Below are positions 17,739-26,711 of a DNA stretch of 30,806 nt, one piece after another. The notes below the pieces were generated by a model. The model was not told the origin of the DNA. It was given only the letters and a program-made list of their open reading frames with translations, and made no database searches. The stretch comes from Bacteriovoracia bacterium (GTDB taxonomy: Bacteria > Bdellovibrionota > Bacteriovoracia > Bacteriovoracales > Bacteriovoracaceae). A program made the position numbers and the translations under genes. The stretch is taken from assembly GCA_046570105.1 (NCBI GenBank), contig JBKHVI010000034.1, forward strand, positions 1 through 30,806, in the 5' to 3' direction. Each line of letters opens with the position of its first letter. Positions within the stretch are counted from its first letter, which is position 1.

Positions 17739-18652
17739 TGGCGATCTCAAGTGATATTCGCAGTCTTGATCAAGTCAATTATGCGACTGGTATCCACAAG
17801 CTGCTGCTAACGGCCGCGCTTATCTTCGCTTTCATCTTTGCTTTCCTTGCCAACTTTCCCTTAGAAAAACAAATAGAGTCCCTGGTTCGTGCGCAAATTG
17901 CCAAAGTTCCTGGCTGCCGCATGAATTTTGAGAGTCTTCATTTTGAACTCTTTCTTCCGAAAGTTGTCCTCACTGACGTGAATCTGCCCGGCAGCTGTTT
18001 TGGTGGTTCAAAACCACTTAAGATGCGCCAGATGGCACTGCACTTCCAAGGCCCAAGCTTTGCTCCCTTAGGTGTGGCACTCAAGATGTCGATGGAACTC
18101 AAAGGGACACCACTGGCGGTGAAATACGCAGCGGGCGTGAACTCACAAGTTTTTAATATTCAGGAAGAGAACTTCCCGATTCAGGCCTTCTCTGAAGTTT
18201 TGGGATCAATTCCTAAAATGGAAGGAAATGTGAGCTTGAATGCTAAAGTCGCTATGGGCGGCCAGCAGATTCAAGAAATGAAAGTACTAGTCGAGTCGCA
18301 AAACATGGAAGTACTGCCGCAAACCTTGAGCGACATTAAAATTCCTCGTCTCGCCATTGGTAATCTTCTGTTAAAACTTGAATCCGAAGGGCCACGTAAG
18401 TTAATGCTGCGTGAATTCGTGATCGGCAAAATGGACGCTCCTATTCGCGGTAAATTTTCCGGCACCATCGATCTGGCTTCAGGTGCCGTCGCTTTCTCAC
18501 CGATCAATATTAAAGGCGAAGCGGCGCTTTCTCCTGAATTCATGAATGCCTTTCCTATTTTGAACCTTATGCTGCCGCAGTTTCCGCAAAAAGATGGCTT
18601 CTATCAGATCAAGCTCGGAGGGACGCTCGGGAATCCACGTCCACAGCCGTAA
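17738..18652 (+). CDS. gspN: Type II secretion protein N-like
   Basis: N-terminal TM followed by NFP, beta-rich body, C-terminal IKLGGTLGNPR; gene order. Confidence 0.75.
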   Translation: MAISSDIRSLDQVNYATGIHKLLLTAALIFAFIFAFLANFPLEKQIESLVRAQIAKVPGCRMNFESLHFELFLPKVVLTDVNLPGSCFGGSKPLKMRQMALHFQGPSFAPLGVALKMSMELKGTPLAVKYAAGVNSQVFNIQEENFPIQAFSEVLGSIPKMEGNVSLNAKVAMGGQQIQEMKVLVESQNMEVLPQTLSDIKIPRLAIGNLLLKLESEGPRKLMLREFVIGKMDAPIRGKFSGTIDLASGAVAFSPINIKGEAALSPEFMNAFPILNLMLPQFPQKDGFYQIKLGGTLGNPRPQP

Positions 18653-19545
18653 TGCTTAATTTCGAAGCTCATCTCACGCAAACACTTAAAAAACATGTGC
18701 AACATCCCGGCATCTATATGGCGATGGACTATGCCGTCATGCCTCCGGGAAAACTCTTTCGCCCCAGACTTCTTGAAGCCGTGTGCGCGGATCTTAAAGT
18801 TAAATCAGACAAAGATATTCTCACCTTGGGATGTGCTCTTGAGATTCATCATGCCTACACTCTCGTACATGATGATATGCCGTGCATGGATAACGACCTC
18901 ACTCGTCGTGGTAAGCCCACTACTCATGTCGCATTTGGTGAGTGGCAAGCGCTACTCACAGGTGATGTACTCCTCGCACTCTCCTACGCTGAATTAGAAA
19001 AACTCCAAACTCCAGCAGCGACATTTATTCGCAGGCTTTTTCATTGGAGCACCGGAGCGAAAGGTTTAATTTTGGGCCAGTGGATTGATCTGGGACATGA
19101 GGGAGAAAAGAGTGCTCATCTTTTGATGCGCATGCATGAACTTAAAACCGCACGCCTGATGCAAATTGCCACCACGGGCGCACTTGCTCTTTCGAACCCC
19201 AAATTTAATCTTAAAGATTTGAAGCGCTTTCTTTCCTTGGGAAATTCCATAGGCCTCGCCTTTCAATTGCTCGATGATCTCGATGATCTTTGTATCGCTA
19301 AACTTTCAGAACATGAAAAAGCGGTGAATCCATTTTTACAAGCACCTCATGAAGTGCGACTTCGTCTCACCCATGTACTGGAAATTCTCGAACAAGAAAA
19401 ACTCCCTCAGACACGCAAGTTTTTAACGGCGTTCTTACAGAAATCTGCCCAAGGGTTAATTGAGAATCAAAATAAATGGAGTATGCATTTGCCGACTGAA
19501 AAAGCGGCCTTAGTGAAACTTCTTACCAGCGGTATTTGTGCTTAA
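18652..19545 (+). CDS. ispA: Polyprenyl diphosphate synthase (farnesyl diphosphate synthase-like)
   Basis: GKLFRP, EIHHAYTLVHDDMPCMDNDLTRRGKPT, GQWID, KTA, FQLLDDLDD. Confidence 0.88.
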   Translation: MLNFEAHLTQTLKKHVQHPGIYMAMDYAVMPPGKLFRPRLLEAVCADLKVKSDKDILTLGCALEIHHAYTLVHDDMPCMDNDLTRRGKPTTHVAFGEWQALLTGDVLLALSYAELEKLQTPAATFIRRLFHWSTGAKGLILGQWIDLGHEGEKSAHLLMRMHELKTARLMQIATTGALALSNPKFNLKDLKRFLSLGNSIGLAFQLLDDLDDLCIAKLSEHEKAVNPFLQAPHEVRLRLTHVLEILEQEKLPQTRKFLTAFLQKSAQGLIENQNKWSMHLPTEKAALVKLLTSGICA

Positions 19546-19894
19546 CTGATTTAACGAAAGTTAAAGCTTCCATCAACGTTTCAATCGCCATAGCACCACT
19601 CACCATCGGCTCAGCTTCAATCACTTTACCGAAATGAGGATCTTTGATCGCACTTTTCGCTTCTAAGAGTGAAAGTTTATTTTCAAAAAGAAGAGCTTTA
19701 ATTTTAAGAATGGTTTCGACATCAACTCGTGAATAGACTTTCTGCCCGTCCTCACCGAGGACCGGGCGGATGTCATCAAACTCTGTTTCCCAAAATCTCA
19801 ACACATAGGGCTTAACCCCTGTGATGCTTGGTAATTCGCCAAACTTGAACGCCGACTTATGCGGAATGGACATGGAGGCTTCCATTCCAGTCAT
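19523..19894 (-). CDS. MerR family regulator (ihfA-associated type)
   Basis: FKFGEL...GVKPYVLRFWETEF...YSRVDVE...IKALL; follows ihfA. Start is 19894 (TAATG coupling) or 19873. Confidence 0.88.
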   Translation of the reverse strand: MTGMEASMSIPHKSAFKFGELPSITGVKPYVLRFWETEFDDIRPVLGEDGQKVYSRVDVETILKIKALLFENKLSLLEAKSAIKDPHFGKVIEAEPMVSGAMAIETLMEALTFVKSVKHKYRW

Positions 19895-20319
19895 TACTCG
19901 TCGTCCTCAAAATCATCATCGTCATCCGAATCTGGCTCTTCAATGCCAGCAAGGAATGAACTCAAGGCACGCGGCTTACCTTCCTTAGCAGGAAGATTGG
20001 CATTCTCATTACCTTTGTCATCAAGACGATGCGAGTAGCGATCGGTGATGTCCTCTTTGAGAATTTGCGAGGGCTTGAATGTGAGCACACGACGAGCAGA
20101 AATCGTCATGGCTTCACCGGTTTGTGGGTTACGTCCCACGCGTGTCGCTTTGTCGCGAATAGAGAAATTTCCGAAACCAGAAATTTTCACCTTCTCGCCT
20201 TTGGCCAAAGTCTCTTTGATGACTTTGAAAACCAAATCGACTAACTCCGCTGCTTCCTTCTTCGAGAAACCAGCTTCTTTGTAAATGCGCTCGACAATGT
20301 CGGCCTTGGTCATGCTCAT
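19894..20319 (-). CDS. ihfA: Integration host factor alpha subunit with acidic C-terminal extension
   Basis: MTKADIVE...VKISGFGNF...GRNPQTGE...ISARRVLTFKPSQILK; GGAGG SD before ATG 20319. Confidence 0.93.
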   Translation of the reverse strand: MSMTKADIVERIYKEAGFSKKEAAELVDLVFKVIKETLAKGEKVKISGFGNFSIRDKATRVGRNPQTGEAMTISARRVLTFKPSQILKEDITDRYSHRLDDKGNENANLPAKEGKPRALSSFLAGIEEPDSDDDDDFEDDE

Positions 20320-20405
20320 TGAAAGTCCTCCATGAGATTTCAAAAGCTTGCTTTAAAAAAGCACTAATATTAACAGGTTAGCAGACAACCTTCTTGCGCA
20401 CCAGC

Positions 20406-20456
20406 AAAAAAAAAACCCCAACCCTGCGTTTTCACGAGGATTGGGGCTCTTTTTTT
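20406..20456 (-). terminator. Rho-independent terminator after rplT (possibly bidirectional)
   Basis: Minus strand: agccccaatcct-cgtgaaaacgc-agggttgggg followed by ten T; a T-tract also follows the hairpin on the plus strand. Confidence 0.85.
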
Positions 20457-20468
20457 AAAGAATTTCGA

Positions 20469-20813
20469 CTATTTAACTGAATCGACCACTGCTTTGAAAG
20501 CGTTGAAATCACGGATCGCAAGCTCAGAGAGCATTTTGCGATTGATAACAACATTCTTCGTCTTAAGAGCGCCAATCAAGCGCGAGTAAGACATTCCTAG
20601 AGGGCGAACAGCAGCATTGATACGCACAACCCACAAGCGGCGCATATCGCGCTTCAAGAGGCGGCGAGCCTTGTAAGCATAGTGAAGCGCGCGACGAACT
20701 GTCTCTGAAGCGTGCTTATATTTTGTACGACGGTCAAAGTGAAAACCTTTGGCCAATTTGAGAATCTTATTGCGGCGTTGGCGCGCTTTAAAACCTCTTT
20801 TTACACGTGACAT
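20469..20813 (-). CDS. rplT: 50S ribosomal protein L20
   Basis: MSRVKRG...KILKLAKGF...RRLWVVRINAA...SYSRLI...NRKMLSELA; AGGAG SD. Confidence 0.97.
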   Translation of the reverse strand: MSRVKRGFKARQRRNKILKLAKGFHFDRRTKYKHASETVRRALHYAYKARRLLKRDMRRLWVVRINAAVRPLGMSYSRLIGALKTKNVVINRKMLSELAIRDFNAFKAVVDSVK

Positions 20814-20892
20814 ACATAACTCCTTCTTCACTCGTAGGGGGACTCTCGTCACTTAACCCTATTTCGCTACTCTTGATGGTTAATACTTACGA

Positions 20893-21096
20893 CTAGCGTA
20901 GGTATGGAATACAGCTGATAGCGTTGTGATAATCGGCAGGATTCACATATCCTGGCTCGTTCTTATCTTTCTTTGCCGACTTCGATTTGTTGCTCAAAAG
21001 GTGACGAAGGTGCGACTTCTTATACTTAATTTTACCAGTCGCAGTGACCTTGAAGCGTTTCGCAGCCGCGCGCTTAGTTTTCATTTTTTTAGACAT
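20893..21096 (-). CDS. rpmI: 50S ribosomal protein L35
   Basis: KMKTKRAAAKRFKVTATGKIK...HLL; GAGGAG SD; between infC and rplT. Confidence 0.96.
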   Translation of the reverse strand: MSKKMKTKRAAAKRFKVTATGKIKYKKSHLRHLLSNKSKSAKKDKNEPGYVNPADYHNAISCIPYLR

Positions 21097-21183
21097 AAAA
21101 CTCAACTCCTCAAACGGGAAAAATTCTAAAACACTCAAATTCAGAGTGCGCCAATCTAACATGTCAAAAACGGGAGGGAAAGA

Positions 21184-21717
21184 TTATTTTCCCTTCTTTC
21201 CTGGGGCCACCATCGCATGGCAACGGTTGCCAAGCATTTTGGGAGTCGCCTCAACCAAAGCATCAGTTTTTTCCTGGATCAACTTGATGATTTCATCAAA
21301 TTTACCAAGACCGATCTCTTTGTGGGCCATCTCACGACCGCGGAATTGCATCAGCAACTTAACTTTGTCGCCATGCTCCAAAAACTTCACTATTTGATTC
21401 ATTTTCACTTCAAGATCGTGTTTATCGATACCTGGGCGAAACTTCATTTCTTTAACTTCAATAACAACTTGTTTCTTTTTGGCCTCAGAGGCCTTCTTTT
21501 GGATTTGGTATTTGTACTTACCGTAGTCCATCAACTTTACGACCGGTGGAGCTGCCGTGGGTGCAATTTCGATCAAGTCGAGCTGCTCGTTCTCAGCTAT
21601 TAGTCGAGCTTGGGCCAACGTCACTACTCCGTACTGTTTTCCATCGTCACCAATTAGACGAATTTCATGGGCACGGATCTTCTCATTGACGCGTGGCTCT
21701 TGGATCTTTTCGCTTAT
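21184..21717 (-). CDS. infC: Translation initiation factor IF-3 (non-canonical ATA start)
   Basis: PPVVKLMDYGKYKY, VKEMKFRPGIDKHD, GDKVK...FRGRE. The frame extends upstream through RVNEKIRAHEIRLIG to an ATA lying 6 nt after GGAGG. Confidence 0.95.
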   Translation of the reverse strand: MSEKIQEPRVNEKIRAHEIRLIGDDGKQYGVVTLAQARLIAENEQLDLIEIAPTAAPPVVKLMDYGKYKYQIQKKASEAKKKQVVIEVKEMKFRPGIDKHDLEVKMNQIVKFLEHGDKVKLLMQFRGREMAHKEIGLGKFDEIIKLIQEKTDALVEATPKMLGNRCHAMVAPGKKGK

Positions 21718-21762
21718 AACCCACCTCCATAATCGGGGCTAAAATTAATACTTAGACGTGCT

Positions 21763-21792
21763 AACTTACCTTCTTCTTCAGATGGTCGGCAA
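21763..21792 (-). promoter_or_regulatory. Putative sigma70 promoter of infC-rpmI-rplT
   Basis: TTGCCG-18 nt-TAAGTT on the minus strand. Confidence 0.4.
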
Positions 21793-21808
21793 GTACTGAG
21801 ATATAGAC

Positions 21809-23596
21809 TTAAAGCTCAGTTTGGCCTGGCGTTGATCGATTAAACTTTAAATTAATCGCCACCTGGTCATTCAAATCCCGCAGGAATTTCTCAATCAGTG
21901 CGTCGACCTTGGCAGCATCCGTGACGCGGAACTTACCACCATCAATTCGCTGCAGGACCTGCTCACTTTGCATGTAATCCAAAGTGTCTTTAATGATCGG
22001 CACGGAATAGGACTCGGGATACTTCACCACGCGGCCATGTTCGAGCTCTAAGCCAAATAACTCGTGGGTGACTTGCAGGAAGCGCTCCATATTGAACGTT
22101 TCATTAGCGAGGTATTTAAGGCCTATCGACGAGAGATAATAGGCTTCGTAAAGATAACTGAACGCCGTTGAGAAATGACGAACTTTGCTCGCCAATAAAT
22201 AAAGATCATTAGGGCTAAACGCCAGCGCTTCATCCAGCGCGTGCAGCGGACGGCCGACGGCATACCCCACCACATCACGGGCATGGAGAATCATTTCTTT
22301 CACGCTCGGAAGATAGAAGTCATACTTCAATTCATTACGCTGTTGTTGCAAAAAACGCGTCAGCTGCATGGATGTTTTAATCTCACCACTAAAGATCTTA
22401 AACCAAACGGCGTTAATAAAGCCCGGCACCAGGAAGTGATGCAGGATCATATTTTTATGAAACAGCACTTCCACCCGCGCTTCACTTTTAACAGCATAAA
22501 AAACCTGATTAAGTTTTTCGCGCTTAATGAGATCAATTTTTTTATTACCGATAAACATGTCGAGCGCTGAACGAAGGGAATCGTTTAATTTTCCATCACG
22601 CAAAGAAGGCGTCACCGGAATATTCAAGCGCACACAATAATCGATCACATCGTGGGCCTTCTCTTCAATCTGGCGCCAAGTGAGTGCACCACTGGGCTCA
22701 TCGAGCATCACCATGGCGAGAAGCGACGATGGAGTGACCGGCATACCGCGACCAACCGCTTTGAAGCACTCAAACGCCAACTCTTGCGTAGCGCGCTTGA
22801 TCTCACCGACGTAGCCAGGAACTTCAATCCCCTCGCCAAAGCGTACGTGAATAGTTCCGAGGCGCTTGTTAAAAAGTTTAAAAAGCTTAAAAAGTTGCGT
22901 GGTTTTTTCCGCTTCTTTTTTACCACCACCCAATTCACGGGCATGCGCTTTAGCTTCAGGAATATATTCATGAGCGAGCGCCACCGGAATAAACATCAAG
23001 GGCTTTGAATCCACCATCTGCCCATGCGCTTCTAAGAGCATTTGAAACAAACCGTAGCGCGGCTTCATGAGTTTGCCGGTTCGCGTGCGACCGCCTTCAA
23101 AGAAAAACTCTACGATGAAATTTTTCTTCAAGAGATAATAAACATAAGCTTCAAAAGTGGTTTTATAGAGGATATCGGCATTAAAAGAGCGGCGAATAAA
23201 AAACGCTCCGGCCTTTCTAAACATCGGCCCGATTGGGAAGATATTGAGATTAATTCCGCCCGCCACATAGACTGGCAGCTCAAAATTTTTCCACAGCGTA
23301 TAGGTAAGTGCCACATAGTCGGCATGAGACTGGTGATTAGGAACCAACACGATGTGATGAGTCTCACGAAGTTTAGCGAGATCGGTGCCATTGGGTAGAT
23401 CGAGATTAATACCGTCGTAGAGTTTTAAAAAAGTCGCTTCGATGACACTTGAAAGTGTTTTCACTACGGCGGGCGAGAAATCTCCGTTGATTTCAGCGAC
23501 AATTTTCTCCATGCGCGCCCGCTCACTGGGGCGCTCCTGAAGTCTATGGGCCAATTTTGGATAAGACGCAACAATATCGAGGACGTCGCTTTGCAA
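21809..23596 (-). CDS. plsB: Glycerol-3-phosphate acyltransferase (PlsB/GPAT/DHAPAT family)
   Basis: LVPNHQSHAD (HxxxxD), GAFFIRRSF, FFFEGGRTRTGK, FIPV; AAGGAGG SD before a TTG start. Confidence 0.85.
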   Translation of the reverse strand: MQSDVLDIVASYPKLAHRLQERPSERARMEKIVAEINGDFSPAVVKTLSSVIEATFLKLYDGINLDLPNGTDLAKLRETHHIVLVPNHQSHADYVALTYTLWKNFELPVYVAGGINLNIFPIGPMFRKAGAFFIRRSFNADILYKTTFEAYVYYLLKKNFIVEFFFEGGRTRTGKLMKPRYGLFQMLLEAHGQMVDSKPLMFIPVALAHEYIPEAKAHARELGGGKKEAEKTTQLFKLFKLFNKRLGTIHVRFGEGIEVPGYVGEIKRATQELAFECFKAVGRGMPVTPSSLLAMVMLDEPSGALTWRQIEEKAHDVIDYCVRLNIPVTPSLRDGKLNDSLRSALDMFIGNKKIDLIKREKLNQVFYAVKSEARVEVLFHKNMILHHFLVPGFINAVWFKIFSGEIKTSMQLTRFLQQQRNELKYDFYLPSVKEMILHARDVVGYAVGRPLHALDEALAFSPNDLYLLASKVRHFSTAFSYLYEAYYLSSIGLKYLANETFNMERFLQVTHELFGLELEHGRVVKYPESYSVPIIKDTLDYMQSEQVLQRIDGGKFRVTDAAKVDALIEKFLRDLNDQVAINLKFNRSTPGQTEL

Positions 23597-23615
23597 CGCT
23601 CCCTCCTTGGTGGAA

Positions 23616-24665
23616 TCAGTTCATGCCGTGAGGCTTAGATTCCATCATACCCGAAGAACTCATCTCTATGAACCGGGCATTCTGCGTAATTTCTGCAATC
23701 GTTTGAGCATTCAAGTAAGTCATGCCTGAGCGTAAACCACCGGTGAGTTCATCAATAATGAATTCCACACTGCCTTTACAAGCAATCAAGCGACTCTCAC
23801 CTTCCGGTGCCATACCCTTTGGAAGCTCACCGCGCCATGAAACTTGCGCGTCTTTTGATGCCATGCCGCGATATTTCTTTTTACCGCCAACAATTTCTCC
23901 CGGAGTTTCGTTACAGCCAGCAAGCATGCTTCCGAGCATGACCGTCTCAGCACCCGCAGCGAAAGCTTTCACAATATCGCCCGAAGTTTTAATACCACCA
24001 TCCGCAATGACAGGAACATTATGGCGACGAGCTTCAGCGACACACAAAGCAATCGCCGTAAGCTGAGGAACACCACAACCGGTGATGATACGCGTGGTGC
24101 ACATCGAACCCGGACCGATACCCACTTTCACCGCATCAGCACCGTGCTCGATCAATGTACGTGTGCCTTCAGGTGTGGCGACGTTACCGGCGATAATTTG
24201 AACGTGAGGAAAAGTTTTACGAACGAAATCGAGCGTCTCAAGCATCATGACTGAGTCACCATGCGCGATATCAAGTGTGAGAATATCAGCACCGGCGTCG
24301 ACTAACATCTTAGCGCGCTCCATGCCTTCTTCTTTCACACCAATAGAAACGGCCACTGGCGCTGAGCCTCCGGCCGCTTTAATGCGCTTAAGTTGTGCTA
24401 CTTGATCTTGGGGAGACATAAAACGGTGAAGAATTCCGATAGCACCCATCTGCGCCATTTTGATCGCCATTTCTTCGCCCGTCACAGTATCCATGTTGGC
24501 GGAAATGATCGGCGTCTTAATAGTGAATTTGCGTGTCAGGCGACTTTCAAGATTGGGGTGGCGACGTGAACTAATGGTTGAGTGACGTGGCATCAACAGC
24601 ACATCATCAAATGTTAAACCACGATCACGTTCTAGAATCTCAGTTGCGCCAAATAGCAAACCCAT
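23616..24665 (-). CDS. IMP dehydrogenase / GMP reductase family enzyme without CBS domains (probably GMP reductase)
   Basis: [56 protein letters not shown]. Confidence 0.9.
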   Translation of the reverse strand: MGLLFGATEILERDRGLTFDDVLLMPRHSTISSRRHPNLESRLTRKFTIKTPIISANMDTVTGEEMAIKMAQMGAIGILHRFMSPQDQVAQLKRIKAAGGSAPVAVSIGVKEEGMERAKMLVDAGADILTLDIAHGDSVMMLETLDFVRKTFPHVQIIAGNVATPEGTRTLIEHGADAVKVGIGPGSMCTTRIITGCGVPQLTAIALCVAEARRHNVPVIADGGIKTSGDIVKAFAAGAETVMLGSMLAGCNETPGEIVGGKKKYRGMASKDAQVSWRGELPKGMAPEGESRLIACKGSVEFIIDELTGGLRSGMTYLNAQTIAEITQNARFIEMSSSGMMESKPHGMN

Positions 24666-24673
24666 GCTTTACC

Positions 24674-26350
24674 TCACTCCTGTTTGGTGTTTAAAACCAG
24701 CACAGAGTTATACATATGAAATGCGTGAGTGCGAATCTTGCGGAGCGCCACAACCATATCAGAGAAGGTTAACGCCGTAATAGGCTTATAGGTTCCCTTC
24801 GAGATGCGATCTAAGTGCTTGTCACGAATAGAGTCGGCCCAAATTTGCAGCTCTTCACTCTTAGATGTCAGGCGCGCTTTATCATTGGTCGATGACTTCT
24901 CAAGACCTGCGACGGCCATTTCAAAGAAGCCCTGCACTTCATCCATAAAGCTGAAAAACTCGTTACGGCTCTCACCTTCAAGTGTCTCACCACCGCGGAA
25001 GCGTTCACGATACATCGCCAAGCGCTCGAGATAATCGGCGCAACTTTCAAGTTCATCTGAAATTTTAATCAGTGCCTGCGTTTGCTCTGACTGATGGTGA
25101 GAAAGTGGACGCTCCATCACGTAACACAAGAAGACAGTGACTTCTTTGTGAATATTATCCGTGATGCGTTCATAATCGAGAATTTTGGCGAGTTTTTTAG
25201 GATCATCTTCCCCTTCATGCCAATACTCGCGCGTGAGTTTATACATACGAGAAACGATATCTGCCATTTTGCGAATTTCTGACTCGGCTTGAATCAAACT
25301 CGTCGCCGGCAACATATCGGCTGGATTTCCTAAGAGAAGTAATTGAGGCACTTCTTTCGTCGTGCTGTTATCTGGCGTTATTTTGGTCACAAACGCCGCC
25401 AGTGTATTCAAGAAAGGTAAAAATGCGAGAGTCGCCGTGATGTTAAAAATCGAGTGCGCCATAGCAATATGGGCGTTGATATTAGGCTGAGTTCCATCCG
25501 CTAATTTTAAATTCGGATCACCTGGCACCATCCAACTCACAAAATCAAAATAATACGGAAGAATAATAAACATCACCATCACGCCTAAAACGTTAAAGGT
25601 GGCATGCGCACGAGCGGCTCGTTTAGCGTTGATGCTGGCGCCTACTGAGGCCAGGAGTGCTGTAATCGTCGTTCCGATGTTCTCACCCAAAACAAGCGCC
25701 ACAGCGGTGTGATAATTAATCACGCCCGTCGTAGCCAGCGCCATGGTAATACCGAGCATTGCTGAAGAAGATTGCACCACCATCGTGAGGGCACAGCCCA
25801 TCAAGATAGAAGCGAAATAGGCTTGGTAGGTATCACCGGCAAAATAGGAAATAGAATTTAAGAATGCTTCACTTTCACGCAACGGAACAAAGGCATCACT
25901 CATGGTCTTAAGACCAATGAACACCATACCGACACCTAAGATAGCGCGACCAACGTGTTGCCACTTATTTGATTTAGAGAAAAGACCGGGAATAAAACCT
26001 AGGCCCACAAGAAGAAGGCCGTACTTATCGACTTTAATCGAAATAATCCAACCCGTGATGGTGGTTCCGATGTTCGCACCGAAGATCACACCAATCGCTT
26101 GCTTCAAAGTCATGAGGCCTGCATTCACCATACCAACTGTCATCACAGTAGTGATCGATGAACTCTGAACGAGCATCGTGACACCCAGACCAACTCCGAC
26201 TGCCATCACTCGATTTCCAGTAATGGAATTGATGATTTTGCGAATGGCATCACCAGTCATGGCCTGCAATCCATCGGACATGAACTTCATACCGAAGAAG
26301 AAAATCCCGAGTCCTCCTAAGAGGGTGTAGATGATACTAAAGGTCTGCAT
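24674..26350 (-). CDS. Na+/phosphate cotransporter (PNaS, NptA/YjbB family) with C-terminal PhoU-like domain
   Basis: Two QSSS repeats, GANIGTT and GENIGTT, ARAHATFN; helical C-terminus with DELESCADY. GGAG SD favours ATG 26350. Confidence 0.93.
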   Translation of the reverse strand: MQTFSIIYTLLGGLGIFFFGMKFMSDGLQAMTGDAIRKIINSITGNRVMAVGVGLGVTMLVQSSSITTVMTVGMVNAGLMTLKQAIGVIFGANIGTTITGWIISIKVDKYGLLLVGLGFIPGLFSKSNKWQHVGRAILGVGMVFIGLKTMSDAFVPLRESEAFLNSISYFAGDTYQAYFASILMGCALTMVVQSSSAMLGITMALATTGVINYHTAVALVLGENIGTTITALLASVGASINAKRAARAHATFNVLGVMVMFIILPYYFDFVSWMVPGDPNLKLADGTQPNINAHIAMAHSIFNITATLAFLPFLNTLAAFVTKITPDNSTTKEVPQLLLLGNPADMLPATSLIQAESEIRKMADIVSRMYKLTREYWHEGEDDPKKLAKILDYERITDNIHKEVTVFLCYVMERPLSHHQSEQTQALIKISDELESCADYLERLAMYRERFRGGETLEGESRNEFFSFMDEVQGFFEMAVAGLEKSSTNDKARLTSKSEELQIWADSIRDKHLDRISKGTYKPITALTFSDMVVALRKIRTHAFHMYNSVLVLNTKQE

Positions 26351-26374
26351 GTCCTGACTCCCCAAAGTCCCTGA

Positions 26375-26686
26375 CTAGTCCACCATTGTGGCAAACCAAA
26401 TCGGGAGAATGATGTACAAGATGGTGTCTCGTACTAAGTAAAATAAGAAAAAATAGATGAAGGCTTTGGGGCCTTTGAGGAAGAGATTCTCGAGTCCCAT
26501 GTATTGCGCTTTCTTAGACATGGCGACCATAAAACGGCTCTTGCCCCAGTGCTTGACGAAAAAACTCGCAGCACCATCCACCCGCCGATCAAAACGCAGG
26601 AAAGCCTCTTTTAAAAATCCCGGAATCATGGCCTTCCACCATGAGTTCTTTGGGACTTCTACGGACGTATCCTGGTGTAATGACAT
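26375..26686 (-). CDS. Small hypothetical membrane protein
   Basis: 103-aa ORF with hydrophobic C-terminus AFIYFFLFYLVRDTILYIILPIWF; co-oriented and closely spaced with the transporter. Confidence 0.7.
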   Translation of the reverse strand: MSLHQDTSVEVPKNSWWKAMIPGFLKEAFLRFDRRVDGAASFFVKHWGKSRFMVAMSKKAQYMGLENLFLKGPKAFIYFFLFYLVRDTILYIILPIWFATMVD

Positions 26687-26711
26687 AGCGTGTTTAACCT
26701 TGGGGCAAGAC

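Noticed and set aside
4751..18652. Type IV pilus or competence locus instead of T2SS
   Set aside because: Has GspC-PDZ, a GspD-type secretin, GspG and GspK motifs and gspN, and no PilT.
23722..24066. Antisense 114-aa ORF, and similar ones at 6129-6551, 17204-17662, 21044-21397 and 21217-21603
   Set aside because: Shadow ORFs opposite conserved genes, with no recognisable motifs.
26681..26685. Fourth TGACA near the box
   Set aside because: Overlaps the start codon of the small membrane protein and is 90 nt from the nearest half-site, out of the 11-bp register.
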